DNA of 64,000 bases from assembly GCA_965197925.1 (NCBI GenBank), contig CBDAOC010000020.1, positions 320,001 to 384,000 on the forward strand. Reading direction: 5' to 3'. Positions 42,020-53,724 of this stretch are shown here, one piece after another. How positions within the stretch are numbered: the first letter of the stretch is position 1; the number at the start of each line of letters is the position of its first letter. Both the position numbers and the translations under genes were made by a program. This DNA is from Nitrososphaerales archaeon. Its GTDB lineage: Archaea; Thermoproteota; Nitrososphaeria; Nitrososphaerales; UBA213. Under the pieces are notes generated by a model that did no database searches, had not been told where the DNA came from, and saw only the letters and a list, made by a program, of their open reading frames with translations.

Positions 42020-42469
42020 ATGTATACTCATATTGCTCGCACATGGAGAAAGATGTGGAAGACACGTTCTGATGAGTTGAAAGCGAAAGCAGTAGAGTGG
42101 AGAGCGCAGACAACGATGCACAGAATTGAAAAACCTTCAAGGTTAGATAGAGCTAGGAGGCTGGGGTACAAGGCAAAGCAAGGATTTGTTGTTGTAAGAA
42201 TGAGAGTTGCGAGTGGCGGTATGAGGAAACAAAGACCAAAGGCCGGGAGGAGACCTAAACACATAGGTGTTGTAAGAATAAAACAATCTGATAGCATGCA
42301 AAAGGTTGCGGAAAGACGTGTTGCGGAAAGACATCCCAACATGAAATTAATTGGTTCTTATTATTTACATAAGGATGGCCGGTATTATTGGTTTGAATGT
42401 ATATTGGCTGATAAGAGTCATCCTGCAATCTTTAAGGATTTGGAAATAAAACAAAAGCTAGGAAATTGA
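42020..42469 (+). CDS. rpl15e: 50S ribosomal protein L15e (likely start 42014 or 42020)
   Basis: RLDRARRLGYKAKQG, GRRPK, VAERR, SY...DG.Y.WFE. Confidence 0.95.
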   Translation: MYTHIARTWRKMWKTRSDELKAKAVEWRAQTTMHRIEKPSRLDRARRLGYKAKQGFVVVRMRVASGGMRKQRPKAGRRPKHIGVVRIKQSDSMQKVAERRVAERHPNMKLIGSYYLHKDGRYYWFECILADKSHPAIFKDLEIKQKLGN

Positions 42470-42750
42470 GAAAGAACGATTCATGCGTTCTTAATACCCG
42501 GCAATCTCCCCTGTTGAGATGTTTATTACTAAGTAATTGACTTGTTTAGATGATTTCCTCGTATCAAATTGAAATTGTTTTATTATATTGCTGTACCAGG
42601 TATGATGGGGCCGTTCGAATAGTTGACTAAACTGATGGAGTGATCCATTGAATAAATGGCTCAATGGTTATTGAAAGATAATATCTAGAAAATAATAAAT
42701 AAAATCACTTACTCCAATCTAGAAAGACATCGCACGGTAAGAAACATTGT

Positions 42751-44013
42751 TCAGAATCCCGCCATCAGGGGATCCGTTGGTTTCATTAATTCTCGCAATA
42801 AGACCGTTGCGTAGGAACCTTTATTCAAAATGAATCTAAGTTCTAACGATTCTCCTAATGTATGTGAAAACTGACTACAGAGCAATGATGCGGTTCTAAA
42901 TCCACCTTCTACACTAACTTCTTGCAATTCCTTAATATAGAAATCATTTTTTGATACATTCTCCTCTTCCATTATTACCTTCATCATTGAACTGAACCGA
43001 TTGTCGTCTCTGAAGGCATAACCTACCATTGGAATTGCAGGCAGCTGCAATTCATCCATTTCCTCATCAAATCTCTTTATTCTAGGAATTGTGTTCCTTC
43101 CAAAGCAGAAACATACATCTCCACTTTTCGATGACCCAATGTCATATCCCTCTTTGATGGCTTTGCTTAGCACTCTGTTGAATAAGTATGATTGGTAAGC
43201 TTGAACAAATAGTCTTCTTACCGTTATTGGAAGTTTTCTTAGAGCCCTTATTGGCTCGTTGCTACTTGCAAGTTCCTGCAGCAGGATTCGTTCCAGATCC
43301 ATTTGTGGGGGGAAAATCTTCAAGACCTTTTGAAAATTTGAAACATCTTTGCATGAATTTCTGATCTCTATTGTTTCCTTGCTGTCGTACTTACCAGGAT
43401 AGCAAAGGTATAGTTCTACTGCTTTCCTGAAGTTCCTTTTTATCAATTCACGCCCAACCAGATGTGTTACGGCCCTTGAACTTCCGAATCTTTGATACCC
43501 GTAAAAGTTTGCGATATGATTCTTATTAATAATCTCTTCAAATTCCATAATACTTCGTTCCAAGTTGCCGGTTGTGAAACCTGTAATGGTAATAGTAAAT
43601 CTGTTACCAATGAGCTTACCTTTGGTAATGGGTTTACTGGTGTAACCAACAAGGTCCATCACACATTGTTTAGTGATTATATGGGCTTGGGGATCCTTGC
43701 GCTTTCTAAGAGAACTCACATATTGTCTAGTGACGGCCTTAGCATCCTTAAGACCCACAGGTTTTAACTTCAACCAGGTAGCGAGCTCTACTTCCCATAT
43801 TGCATGGAATGAGTCAATACCCTCCTTCTTTAACAAATACAAAGGATATTGATGCTCTTCGTCTGCATTGTTTGTTAGGTCCAGCGACAAATTATCCAGA
43901 ATTTCTTCTACTATGAATTGATCCTTGGTTTGTTTGATGGAACCATCTATTCCATGAATATTTGTTGAATAAACCTCCATACCTGTGCAACTGTCGAGAG
44001 CAGGAACTACCAT
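42751..44013 (-). CDS. truD: tRNA pseudouridine(13) synthase
   Basis: FIVEE, GLKDAKAVTRQ, GNRF, NFYGYQRFG, AYQSYLFN, GSYATVLLRE. Confidence 0.95.
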   Translation of the reverse strand: MVVPALDSCTGMEVYSTNIHGIDGSIKQTKDQFIVEEILDNLSLDLTNNADEEHQYPLYLLKKEGIDSFHAIWEVELATWLKLKPVGLKDAKAVTRQYVSSLRKRKDPQAHIITKQCVMDLVGYTSKPITKGKLIGNRFTITITGFTTGNLERSIMEFEEIINKNHIANFYGYQRFGSSRAVTHLVGRELIKRNFRKAVELYLCYPGKYDSKETIEIRNSCKDVSNFQKVLKIFPPQMDLERILLQELASSNEPIRALRKLPITVRRLFVQAYQSYLFNRVLSKAIKEGYDIGSSKSGDVCFCFGRNTIPRIKRFDEEMDELQLPAIPMVGYAFRDDNRFSSMMKVIMEEENVSKNDFYIKELQEVSVEGGFRTASLLCSQFSHTLGESLELRFILNKGSYATVLLRELMKPTDPLMAGF

Positions 44014-44016
44014 CTG

Positions 44017-45630
44017 TCAAATATTTCTGGGTTCTACAATCAAATGCACAATTTCTGAATATGTCAAATCATTGTATTTTACACTAACCGTTATTCTATA
44101 AGCTTGAGCCTGCAGTCCCTCAAGTGGTATAAGTTCAAGGATTACAGTTTTGGTTGAAGGTTCACTAAGGATAAATTCTTGCTCGCTAAATTGCGCTGTC
44201 ATATTAATTAGTCTACCAGTTGGAACTATTGTACCTGAGACGCCCATGCGTATAGTGGAATCTAGTTTATCGTTTGCTATTACCTTAAGTTCGACCTTTG
44301 CAACTTCACCTTGCTTCACGGAAATATTTTTATTCACTACTTCAAGCTTTATTGGTAAAGGCAAATTAGGATTTAATACAGCTATCTTATTCTCGCTCCA
44401 TTCTGTGAACCATACCTTTCCATCCGGAGTTAACGTGAACTGTAAAGGATTAGCTATACCGCAGGGTTGATCATAACCCTCACACGAACCCCATCCGCTG
44501 TTCTGAGTCGGAACAAAATATTCAATCAAAGTTTCTTCACTTGGATCAAATACATCTATAGAATTGCCTTGATGGAGATTGAACCATATCCTTCCTTGTT
44601 CATCTATTGCATTCCAATATGGTAGTGATACAGGTAATCCCCCACAAGTTAATGATGAACCATCGGGACGGGTCACACAGTCTGCGTACAGACCCAACGA
44701 AGTACTGGGACGTGTTAATGATGTGACATATGTTATTGTAGAATTGGTCTCCGGATTGAACTTGAAGAAGGTGCTTGTTCCATGGTCATTGATCCACAAA
44801 TCACCATTCTTGTCTGCCACAATGCCTACTGGAGAATAGATCCCGGCGGGTAGATCATATGAGTTGAAAGATTCGTTGTTGGGATTGAATTTCATTATCT
44901 TTCCACTAACTGGATAAGTTATTGCGGTAAACCAGATGTTCCCACCAGCATCAAAGGTCAAGGGGCCAAGCGTTTCCAGATTGACGGAAGCGGAAAATTC
45001 TCTTATCCCTTTAGAAGTGCTATGTTGTGCGCTGGAAGGATCCAGGGAACCTATCTTCTTACCATAGATCTCGCTGAACCAGACTTTGCCGTTCTTATCA
45101 AAGTTGAAATTGATCGGATAACTTGTATTGAATTCTGTTGTTGTTGGTATATTGTAGACTTCAAAACTTTCTCTTTCCGGATTAAACTTCCATATTGCAT
45201 TGGTAACAACATCTGGGAACCAAAGGTTGCCTTCTTCATCAAACTTCATATCCCATATAGATGCCACGGGAAGAACCTTCTCTCTATCCATTGCATCGGG
45301 TAATGGAAACTCTTTGAACTGTTCTGTCTTAGGGTCGAAACTACCAATTTGTCTTGCAGCAGATTCTGCGAACCATACAATACCATCTCTGTCCACGGTT
45401 ATGCCAACAGGTTCAGAGCAATCACTAGGAATTAGAAATTCCTGAATGTATTTATTGGAATTTGTAATACCAGACCCACAGAGGAGAGCCTCACCTTCGT
45501 CTATCATTTCAGGTGCAAGTTCTGGTGCTGGTGGCCTATACACAACCGCTAAAGTCGAGGCCAACAGCACCCCTGCGACACCAATTACAACAACTTTCTG
45601 TAATAGACTCCTCTTAGACCTTCTTGGCAT
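44017..45630 (-). CDS. Membrane-anchored Vgb-lyase-like (NHL/beta-propeller) protein with C-terminal Ig-like domain
   Basis: Repeated P.GI..D..G.VWF.E....IG.FDP blades; N-terminal TM helix. Confidence 0.82.
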   Translation of the reverse strand: MPRRSKRSLLQKVVVIGVAGVLLASTLAVVYRPPAPELAPEMIDEGEALLCGSGITNSNKYIQEFLIPSDCSEPVGITVDRDGIVWFAESAARQIGSFDPKTEQFKEFPLPDAMDREKVLPVASIWDMKFDEEGNLWFPDVVTNAIWKFNPERESFEVYNIPTTTEFNTSYPINFNFDKNGKVWFSEIYGKKIGSLDPSSAQHSTSKGIREFSASVNLETLGPLTFDAGGNIWFTAITYPVSGKIMKFNPNNESFNSYDLPAGIYSPVGIVADKNGDLWINDHGTSTFFKFNPETNSTITYVTSLTRPSTSLGLYADCVTRPDGSSLTCGGLPVSLPYWNAIDEQGRIWFNLHQGNSIDVFDPSEETLIEYFVPTQNSGWGSCEGYDQPCGIANPLQFTLTPDGKVWFTEWSENKIAVLNPNLPLPIKLEVVNKNISVKQGEVAKVELKVIANDKLDSTIRMGVSGTIVPTGRLINMTAQFSEQEFILSEPSTKTVILELIPLEGLQAQAYRITVSVKYNDLTYSEIVHLIVEPRNI

Positions 45631-45940
45631 AATTTATCGTTCTGATTATTTTTTAAGAGTATTTATATCTCTATTGAAAGTCGAGGCTTCTTCCTTATAA
45701 GAAAAGTCGATTAGCAAGCCCAGGAAGATAAGGACGAAGAAGAATAGTAAGAATACCCAACAAGGATCACAGATCTATCTTTGAACAGAATGATCATCAC
45801 TTTAATTAAATCTCCGGTTATTTCAAATAACTACCCTTACTATCAATTTCTGGTACGGATCTGGAAATTTTATCTATAAGCATTGTAGATCATTTGGACA
45901 GACAAATATCCATTAGAGACATCCCATTAGTTATCGTAAA

Positions 45941-47627
45941 TTGGAGAAAAAATTAACACGAAATAGACCAATTATTGTAATGATGTTTTTATCTACTGTG
46001 CTTTTGATAACCCCAACTGGACAGGTCTTTGGCCCTCCTGGTCTCTCATGTAATGGTTTTGCCCCAACCATGATTGGGACCCAGGGTAGAGATATACTAA
46101 GAGGAACTCCAGGCGATGATGTTATAATTGCTTTAGGTGGAGATGATGATATCTATGCAGAAGGTGGTGACGATGTGGTATGTGCTGGAGCAGGACATGA
46201 TCGTGTTGTAGCATGGGAAGGCAACGATTTTGTTGATCTTGGAACTGGCAACGACCATGCGATGGGCTACTTGGGTAACGATGTACTATATGGAGGAGAA
46301 GGCTGGGATGAGATTGGTGGTAGCCCCGATACAGAAAACACCTATTTTGACGATAATGACATGATATTTGGTTTTTATCCAGATAGCTACAGAACAGATT
46401 GGCACAGTTTAGAACCAACCACGCATCCAGGTACCAGGTCTCCAGCAGGAATGACTGGAGGTGACAAGGTGGCTGGAGGTGATGGAAATTATGAAGTTCA
46501 TGGCTCAAACTATGGAGATGATCGTGTATTCGGAGACGAAGGCGATGACAGATTATTCGGTCATTGGGGTAGTGATAGGAGTGTCAGGTCGTGGAGATGA
46601 TTTTGCTGACGGAGGCGCGGATAATGATGTCGATAGCTGCCTTGCAGAGGAAAAAATAAACTGTCTAAGTTCAGGAGAGGTGATAATACCCATTGTAACA
46701 GCCATCACCTTAGATCTTACTTCTCAGACTAACATCACCGAAACTGTAGAAATTACTGCATCTATATTGGAATCATCCGGCATACCAGCTCGAAATGTCA
46801 CTATAGATTTCTATGATTCAAGTACATTGATAGGCTCTGAATTGTCCGATTTAAGTGGTGAATTAAGTATTAGTTATACACCAACGGTAGCAGGCTTGCA
46901 TCCGATCAAGGCTGCATTAGCGGCAGATGAGCATTACGAGGCCAGTGAAAGCTCTGTAAGAATCTTGAATGTGATTGACCCTAACGGTGCCTCAATCACA
47001 TGTGCCGAATTGACTCCTACAATTGTTGGTACAGAACAAGGTGAGATTATAGCCGGAACTGCTGGTGATGATATGATCAATGGCGGTGGCGGTGACGACA
47101 TAATATACGGTCGCGGTGGTAATGATAAAATCTGCAGTGGAGAAGGTGACGATAAAATATTTGGTGGAGCTGGTAACGATGAAGTATACGGTGGAGAGGG
47201 TAATGACAAATTTTTCGGTAACTCTGGTGATGACCAAGCATTTGGTGGAGAAGGTGACGACACACTCTATGGTGGTGCTGGAAATGATAAAATATACGGC
47301 GAAGATGACAACGACAAACTGTATGGAGGGTATGATAACGATGAATTATACGGTAGAGAGGGTAATGATCGACTGTATGGATGGCATGGTGATGACACCC
47401 TATCAGGCGGAGAGGGAGATGACTTTCTAACTAGTGGAGATGGTGAGGATATCCTATTGGGAAGCGCTGGAAATGACATATTAAGAGGTGGTGCTGGCAT
47501 AGATGAACTGTTTGGTGGACTCGGTAAAGACTCTCTGGATGGTGGTGCAGACGATGATACTCTTGATGGTGGTGAAGATGAGGATGAAGACGTTTGTAAA
47601 GGTGAGGTCAACGTTCACTGTCCATAA
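45941..47627 (+). pseudogene. Secreted RTX/hemolysin-type Ca-binding repeat protein, frameshift near 46585
   Basis: Signal peptide, many GGxGxD nonapeptides in ORFs 45941-46600 and 46461-47627, Ig-like linker domain. Confidence 0.82.
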
Positions 47628-47970
47628 AAAGGCAAAAAAGAATACAAGATAAACAACAAAACACAATCCATTTCTTTTTTATTATTCTAGATTAAGGTTA
47701 AACAATAATACGCTACATAAGCTATAACATGTTACCACAATATAAAACCACTACCAACAGAGAATCCCTTCGGGAGAGAGCCATGAATTGATCGCAATAT
47801 CCTAGCTACTTTCCTAGGTTTCGGATGCTCTAATGATTAAATCTGAATGCTTGTGATCTTTAATTCGTTTGTCTTGCTCATAATTGCTTTTGTGATGGGC
47901 AGACGTGTTCGAAAAGTATCTAAAATGAATCGTGATCGAAAAGTTTATGCGCCGTCACGAATTAAAATTT

Positions 47971-48629
47971 TTATAAAGAAAGAGTGACAGAATTATACAT
48001 GAATCTTCTGATAACATCCTCTACTACAAAGTCAGTGCCGAATACCCCTCCAAATGGTTGGCAGTAAATTACACCGGTATCATATTCGCCCGTATTAATA
48101 CCTGCAAGAGAATAATACTGGTCTCCTTGGATACCTTTTAGTTTCCCAAGGTGTTCACCATTTCCCACATCACCACTAGTAAGATAAACACGGAGATCAG
48201 ACCCATTTGTAACCTCAAAGGCTCCGACCCGAAGATTTTGGTTGTTGTTTACAGATAATATTTTTGTAATTCCTTCTGCATTATGACTCCCAATACCAAC
48301 GAATGAACCGGTTCTTATTACCTCCAGAGTTGCTTCCCCCCCATTTCCTGCTGACTCATTCCTGCGATATTTTTGTCTATATTCCTGATTATTTGAGCGT
48401 CTCCATTCATAATCATATTCTTCTCCTCTTGGCTCATCCGTGTTGCCATATCCAACCTATCCTCTTCACTCATCTCGCTAAATTTTTAATACTCTTGCAA
48501 AACCATCTCGGCATTGGGAATGGGCTCGTTTACCTCTATAACAACTAACAATGATGTTACTAGGAAATGACCAACTACAACAGCTGCAATGGATGCGCCA
48601 CTAATAGCACCAATAATACCCTTATACAT
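47971..48629 (-). pseudogene. DM13-domain exported protein, nonsense codon and frameshifts
   Basis: MYKGIIGAISG...VNEPIP; GSFVGIGSHNAEG...FEVTNGSDLRVYL; LGKLKGIQGDQYY...VIYCQPFGGVFG. Confidence 0.75.
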
Positions 48630-48895
48630 TTAATTCATCTCAAAACTGTAAGAGATAAGTATTTTTCCGATTCATATCCAAATTATATTAATGTGTTGAA
48701 TTAAGTTTGAAGCCATTTATTATCATTTATACATTTAATCTTTTGATTCAAAGCTTGATACTAATTTTGTTGTGGTTATGACAAGTCTTCCCTATAAGGT
48801 AACTTTCAGCGTATGGATCGCATCCCCCAATTTTGCAAAACCATGGCAAATAGATATGTTGGTATGATATTAGTAAGAAACCTTATGTTCTTTTG

Positions 48896-49204
48896 TTATT
48901 CTTGACCGCTCATTTCGTGAAACGATGAAAGGTATTCACGGCCTTTCTTGGTTATTAAAAAGTTTGAAGGGCTATCCTTCAAATTAGCAACGAGTTCCAG
49001 GTTAAGCATAAACGTAAGATACTTTGAGGCTCTCCCATAATTGAGATTACTTTTGTATTTCAATTGTGATTTCTTTAACGGACGTTCAGCCAGATCAATG
49101 AGCATATCAAAAATGATCGTTAAAATACCACGTCTTTTAGATCTCATCTCATTCGTTATCACTTCCAGTTCGTTAATTACATCTTGATAGATTTTTACTT
49201 TCAC
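48896..49204 (-). CDS. Archaeal winged-helix transcription regulator
   Basis: KRRG.L.II.DML...KKSQLKYKSNLNY...YL...ITKKGREYL. Confidence 0.82.
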   Translation of the reverse strand: MKVKIYQDVINELEVITNEMRSKRRGILTIIFDMLIDLAERPLKKSQLKYKSNLNYGRASKYLTFMLNLELVANLKDSPSNFLITKKGREYLSSFHEMSGQE

Positions 49205-49224
49205 TTAATATACAAATTATTGAC

Positions 49225-49262
49225 CTAGTACCTTATTACTACTCTAGTACCTTATTACTACT
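49225..49262. repeat. Perfect 19-bp tandem duplication (CTAGTACCTTATTACTACT x2) upstream of the wHTH gene
   Basis: Read directly from the sequence. Confidence 0.9.
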
Positions 49263-50135
49263 CTTATTAACAAGCTAGTCGTTCTATTCGAAATTATTAT
49301 CTACATCGAGTTTTTTGTATAAGGATCAGTGTGGGATGCAGATAATTATCGTTGCAATTAACTTGAAGTAAAGAGGTGGATATTATCTCTCTACGCAAGG
49401 GGAGGTCTAACTTATGGGTGCTGTAATTCACACCTAGAATTATTATCGTTTGTAACAATAACAATTACTTACAACGGTTCAATCACTTCTTGAATAGACC
49501 GAAAGATGTAGAATTGATGGTTGTTTGCCCCAATATATCTTCCAGAATCTCTTCTAGGGTATTAGTTCTATATTTCATACACTTACCGTAACTTCCCTCT
49601 TCAAAATTCAAATATAAAATTCCATATTGATCCATCTCTTCACACGGATATGAATAATTCACTGGATAGGTTCAGATCATAATCTGACAAATTAAAGGAC
49701 TTTGCTAAGATCATATCTACAGCAAATGGATTCACTATTCTTGTGGTATTAGATGGAGCGTTGCCAGAAACATAAAAGTAAAGGAGAAAAAAGTAGTCTA
49801 GTTAAAAATGGCTATGAGAAAGTCTATTGATGTTACACAGTTCTGACAATAATCTTCCATAATGTCATGGTTATCTACCCATAAATTTCATAATTTTGAA
49901 TGACTATCTACCAAGGAATGTACTGTAGATTAGCCATTCATCATTTTTGAATTTTTCAATCCTATGAGTCCAGAATAATCAAATCTCTGACGGTTGTGGA
50001 CTAGAAAGTCTAATCCAGATAAATGAACCACATAAGTTTGGCCTCATTTAGCTGTTTTAGGAATGAAAATACTCGCTAGTGGTTCGTACCAAATATTAAT
50101 TAGAAAATAATTACTATCCTTGCCTGGAATACAAC

Positions 50136-51082
50136 ATGAAAGCTATACATTTTGATGGTAACAAGTTGCATTTTCCTTCAGATTATCCGATACCAAAATC
50201 CACCGAATCTTTAGTTAAGGTACAACTGGCTGGAATTTGTGGCACTGATCTGGAAATGTTACGTGGATAGGTGTCTTACAATGGTATTCCTGGACATGAG
50301 TTTGTAGGTATTGTAGAAGAATCCAAAAACAAAGGCATTGTAGAAAAGAAATAGTTGGTGAGATAAATGTTGGATGTGGAACTTGTGCTTCATGCACAAA
50401 TGGTTTGGAGAGACACTGTCCAAATCGAACAGTTTTAGGAATTTCCAAAAGAGATGGTGAGTTTGCAGAATTTTTGTCACTTCCAGAAATAAATCTTCAT
50501 GTGATTCCCGATTCAATTGGAGATGAACAAGCAGTATTCATTGAACCTCTAGCAGCAGCTTTTGAGATTGGTGAACAAGTTCGCATAAACCCTGATTGGA
50601 GTGTGTCTATTGGCGGCGATGGGCGTCTTGCCCAGCTTATTGTTACTGTTTTAAAACTTCATTGTTCTAATATTATCTGTTTTGGAAAAGATGAAAACAA
50701 ACTTCAAAGATTGCAAAAACTTGGAATTAAAACAAAAATTAGTATAGAATCAATTGATGAAAATAAATTTGATCTAGTAGAAGCAACTGGCAGTGATTCA
50801 GGATTTTTGGATAGTGTGAGATTGGTAAAACTACGAGGAACTATGATTTTGAAATCTACCCTTGCTTCTAAAAACGATCTTGATTTAACGCCTGCAGTAG
50901 TGAATGAAATTACGCTAGTTGGTTCCAGATGCGGTCCATTCAGACCAGCAATCAATTCACTGGCAACTGGAACTATTTCTGTAGATGATTTAATCGATTC
51001 CATATATCCATTAGAAAAGTTTCAAGAAGCATTTGAATTCGTAAAAAAACCAAATACACTAAAAGTTCTATTAAAACCTTGA
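50136..51082 (+). pseudogene. Zn-dependent alcohol dehydrogenase-like gene with in-frame TAG (50268) and a frameshift
   Basis: MKAIHFDG...LAGICGTD..LRG*..GHEFVG; CGTCASC..GLERHC; EPLAAA; GSRCGPF. Confidence 0.85.
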
Positions 51083-51314
51083 TTTAAAATCTTGCAGAGT
51101 GATCTGATTATTCATTTGAAATTATATTTAGTTTGAAGATAAATAGACTAAATAATAACTATTCTTAGTTTTGTTGTTACTATTTTCATGAATCCGTATT
51201 TGTTACAGTCAGTTAGGGATTTTATTTTGGTAGTTCGAACATTAGTTTTGTATCTTGTCAGCAAAAACGGAATTCCCGCCAGCAATAGTTATGTAAGAGA
51301 CCAGAGAAATCTAA

Positions 51315-52346
51315 TTGATGCGCGATACATTGGCCCCACAAGAATGGTATGAGGTCAACAGATTCATTCTAAAGTTGAATGAAGCCAAATCTCCAGTCCT
51401 CTCGCTGTACTTGCCGTCGTATGCTATAGCTCAGGGAACAAAAATCCTGGATGTTAAGGAAAACATTATTGGGCTTGAAGAGGTTAAGGATATCGTTACA
51501 GATATACTTCGTAGAATAAAATATCATTCAGGAAGTTTATGCCTATTCGGATGGTCTAACAAGGGACAAACCATTGTTGAGCATATGAAAATATCGAAAG
51601 AAGTTCCACCTATCTATGTAACCCAACGGAGGCCATACCTGAAACCGCTAAAGGATATCCTGGAGATTGGGTATCGAATAGTTGTGATTATAATGGATCA
51701 TAAGAGAGCAAGAATAGAGGTCTTTACTGGAAGCAAACTGGTTGAGGAGATAATCGTAAGATCATACCTAAAGGGAAGACATAGCAAGGGCGGATGTAGC
51801 CAGAAGAGGTTCAAACAGAATAGGGAGCTTCAGATCAGATACTTCTTCAACAAACTGAGTCAACAGCTGAAAGGTCTTGAAGAAGATAGTGTTGAACTGA
51901 TTCTTCTCGGAGGAGAAGGATTGGCCAAGAAGAAATTCTATTCATTGATGGATGAGAAAGTTGCTCAGTATACATACATAGAAAATGGGATATCCTTCAA
52001 TACACCAAGAAGGGATATCGTAGAGCGTGTGATCTCTATACTAGACAAAGTTAGAAAAACGACTGAGATAAAACTTCTGACAGCGTTGGCTTCTTCCGCC
52101 AAGGATGGATTGGTAATAACAAACAACGAAGAGATAGAGAAGAAACTCACAGGAGGGATGGTTGACAAGTTGTTCCTTGCAGCTGACTATCATTCAAAGT
52201 CTCCCAAGGAGAGATCCCTAATTAAAAGGATAATCACGCTTGCGAAAAGGAAAGGCTCGACCATTGAGTTCATAACGGATCCTAATGCAAGGACAAGGCT
52301 GCACAAGTTTGGTAATCTTGTTGCGTTACTTAGGTATAGGAATTGA
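51315..52346 (+). CDS. aRF1/eRF1-family paralog (no NIKS motif; GGCSQ loop)
   Basis: VLSLY, LKPL, GRHSKGGCSQKRF, ILLGG, C-terminal L7Ae-like domain FGNLVALLRY. Confidence 0.8.
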   Translation: MMRDTLAPQEWYEVNRFILKLNEAKSPVLSLYLPSYAIAQGTKILDVKENIIGLEEVKDIVTDILRRIKYHSGSLCLFGWSNKGQTIVEHMKISKEVPPIYVTQRRPYLKPLKDILEIGYRIVVIIMDHKRARIEVFTGSKLVEEIIVRSYLKGRHSKGGCSQKRFKQNRELQIRYFFNKLSQQLKGLEEDSVELILLGGEGLAKKKFYSLMDEKVAQYTYIENGISFNTPRRDIVERVISILDKVRKTTEIKLLTALASSAKDGLVITNNEEIEKKLTGGMVDKLFLAADYHSKSPKERSLIKRIITLAKRKGSTIEFITDPNARTRLHKFGNLVALLRYRN

Positions 52347-52619
52347 AGAGCATAGAAATGTTATCATTCAACTGTGTTGGACCGGAAAACCTTCAGAACT
52401 GTCCTTTATGATACATTATATTCTTATAAGAACAATTATCTCTCCTTGATAATGAAATCACGAATGTATTCCATTCCACGTATAATAATCCGCAGCGATC
52501 AATAATTGGTTGAGATTTCAACGCTCATTCAAGCTTTTCAAACTTCGTGCTATGGATTGGAATATACTGATTCATGCTTACACTAACAATAGATTCTTTT
52601 ACAACTTCTGGTCTAAGAC

Positions 52620-53510
52620 TTATTAAATTACATCATTCATCTCTGAGCTCTTGCAAACGTTGTGCAAGATTGTTAATAATATCAACAAATGATAAATCGT
52701 CTATTACATTGTTTAGTTCATAGGGATCATTTACCAAGTCATAAAACTCCATTATAGTATCTCTTTCTCTTTAATGTTCCACATACTTGTACTACATGTT
52801 CTTATTGCGGAAGTATTTGTGTCCGCCCAAATTTTCTCTTCTGCTCGAGAAGAATTTCGCCACGCCACTCCTCTTCGTTGAATAGCGAAACCAAACTCAT
52901 CCCATTCACTTCCAAAGTTGGAGTGGCTTCGACAAGTTCAGCGATGGTTGGAGCAATGTCAATATTTGCTATTAGATCCTCACTCACCATCGGTTCAGAA
53001 ATCAGCTGAGGAAAACGCATGACCAAGGAAACACGTAGAGCTTCTTCGTATATATTGTATTTCCCGAATAACCTATGCTCCCCAAAAGAAACCATGATCA
53101 GATGTAAATATAATAACTGTATTATCAAGTTTATTTCCTAGTGCATCCAGTATTGACTCTACTGCTTCGTCCACTGCATTCAATGAATATATTTAATCTT
53201 TCCTAAACTGATCAATCTCAGCAATTCTTTCTTCGGTCAATAAGGGAAGTGCTATCCAAGGAGGTTTGTCAGAAACATCTGCCTCATTGAAGCTGGGTGG
53301 CCTATGAAGTGGCAGGTCATCACCTGTACCCTCATGGCGGGGCGCTACAACATCGAGTGGATCTGCCGGCTGAGAATGTAGTGCCAGAGTACTGAGCAAA
53401 AGGAAGAAAGGTCTCCTTGATTCTGTATGAATTCTAATGCCTTGTCCCTTAGAATATCGATGGAATAATCACTTGGTTCATCAGGAAAATTATTGATAAC
53501 CCCATTCTCG
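52620..53510 (-). pseudogene. Sulfatase family fragment (C-terminal half), several lesions
   Basis: DYSIDILRDKALEFI, APRH, PPSFNEADVSDKP, VDEAVESIL..LDNTVI, GEHRL.GK...YEE.LRV, NIDIAPT, EFYDL.NDPYEL.N. Confidence 0.8.
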
Positions 53511-53724
53511 TTTTTTACTACCCAAACCTCAGTACTAAGAGCAAACGACTTTGTCCTAAACTTAGCCGCCGTCATCGGTCTGTTGTATTGAATTTGGTGT
53601 TTCAAAGTCTGCACCTCCGTATGTTTAAGCCCATGAAGTTTCAGGTGCCGTGAATACATCTTGGACCAATGAAGCCGGCAACAGAATAGTAGCTAGCAAT
53701 ATCATCAGCATGGGTGTTGACATC
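53511..53724 (-). pseudogene. N-terminal fragment of a secreted beta-propeller-repeat protein
   Basis: MSTPMLMILLATILLPASLVQ...SWA*TYGGADFETPNSIQQTDDGG*...SF...VWVVK. Confidence 0.55.

Noticed and set aside
42303..42333. GTTGCGGAAAGAC direct repeat
   Set aside because: It simply encodes the VAERRVAER segment of L15e
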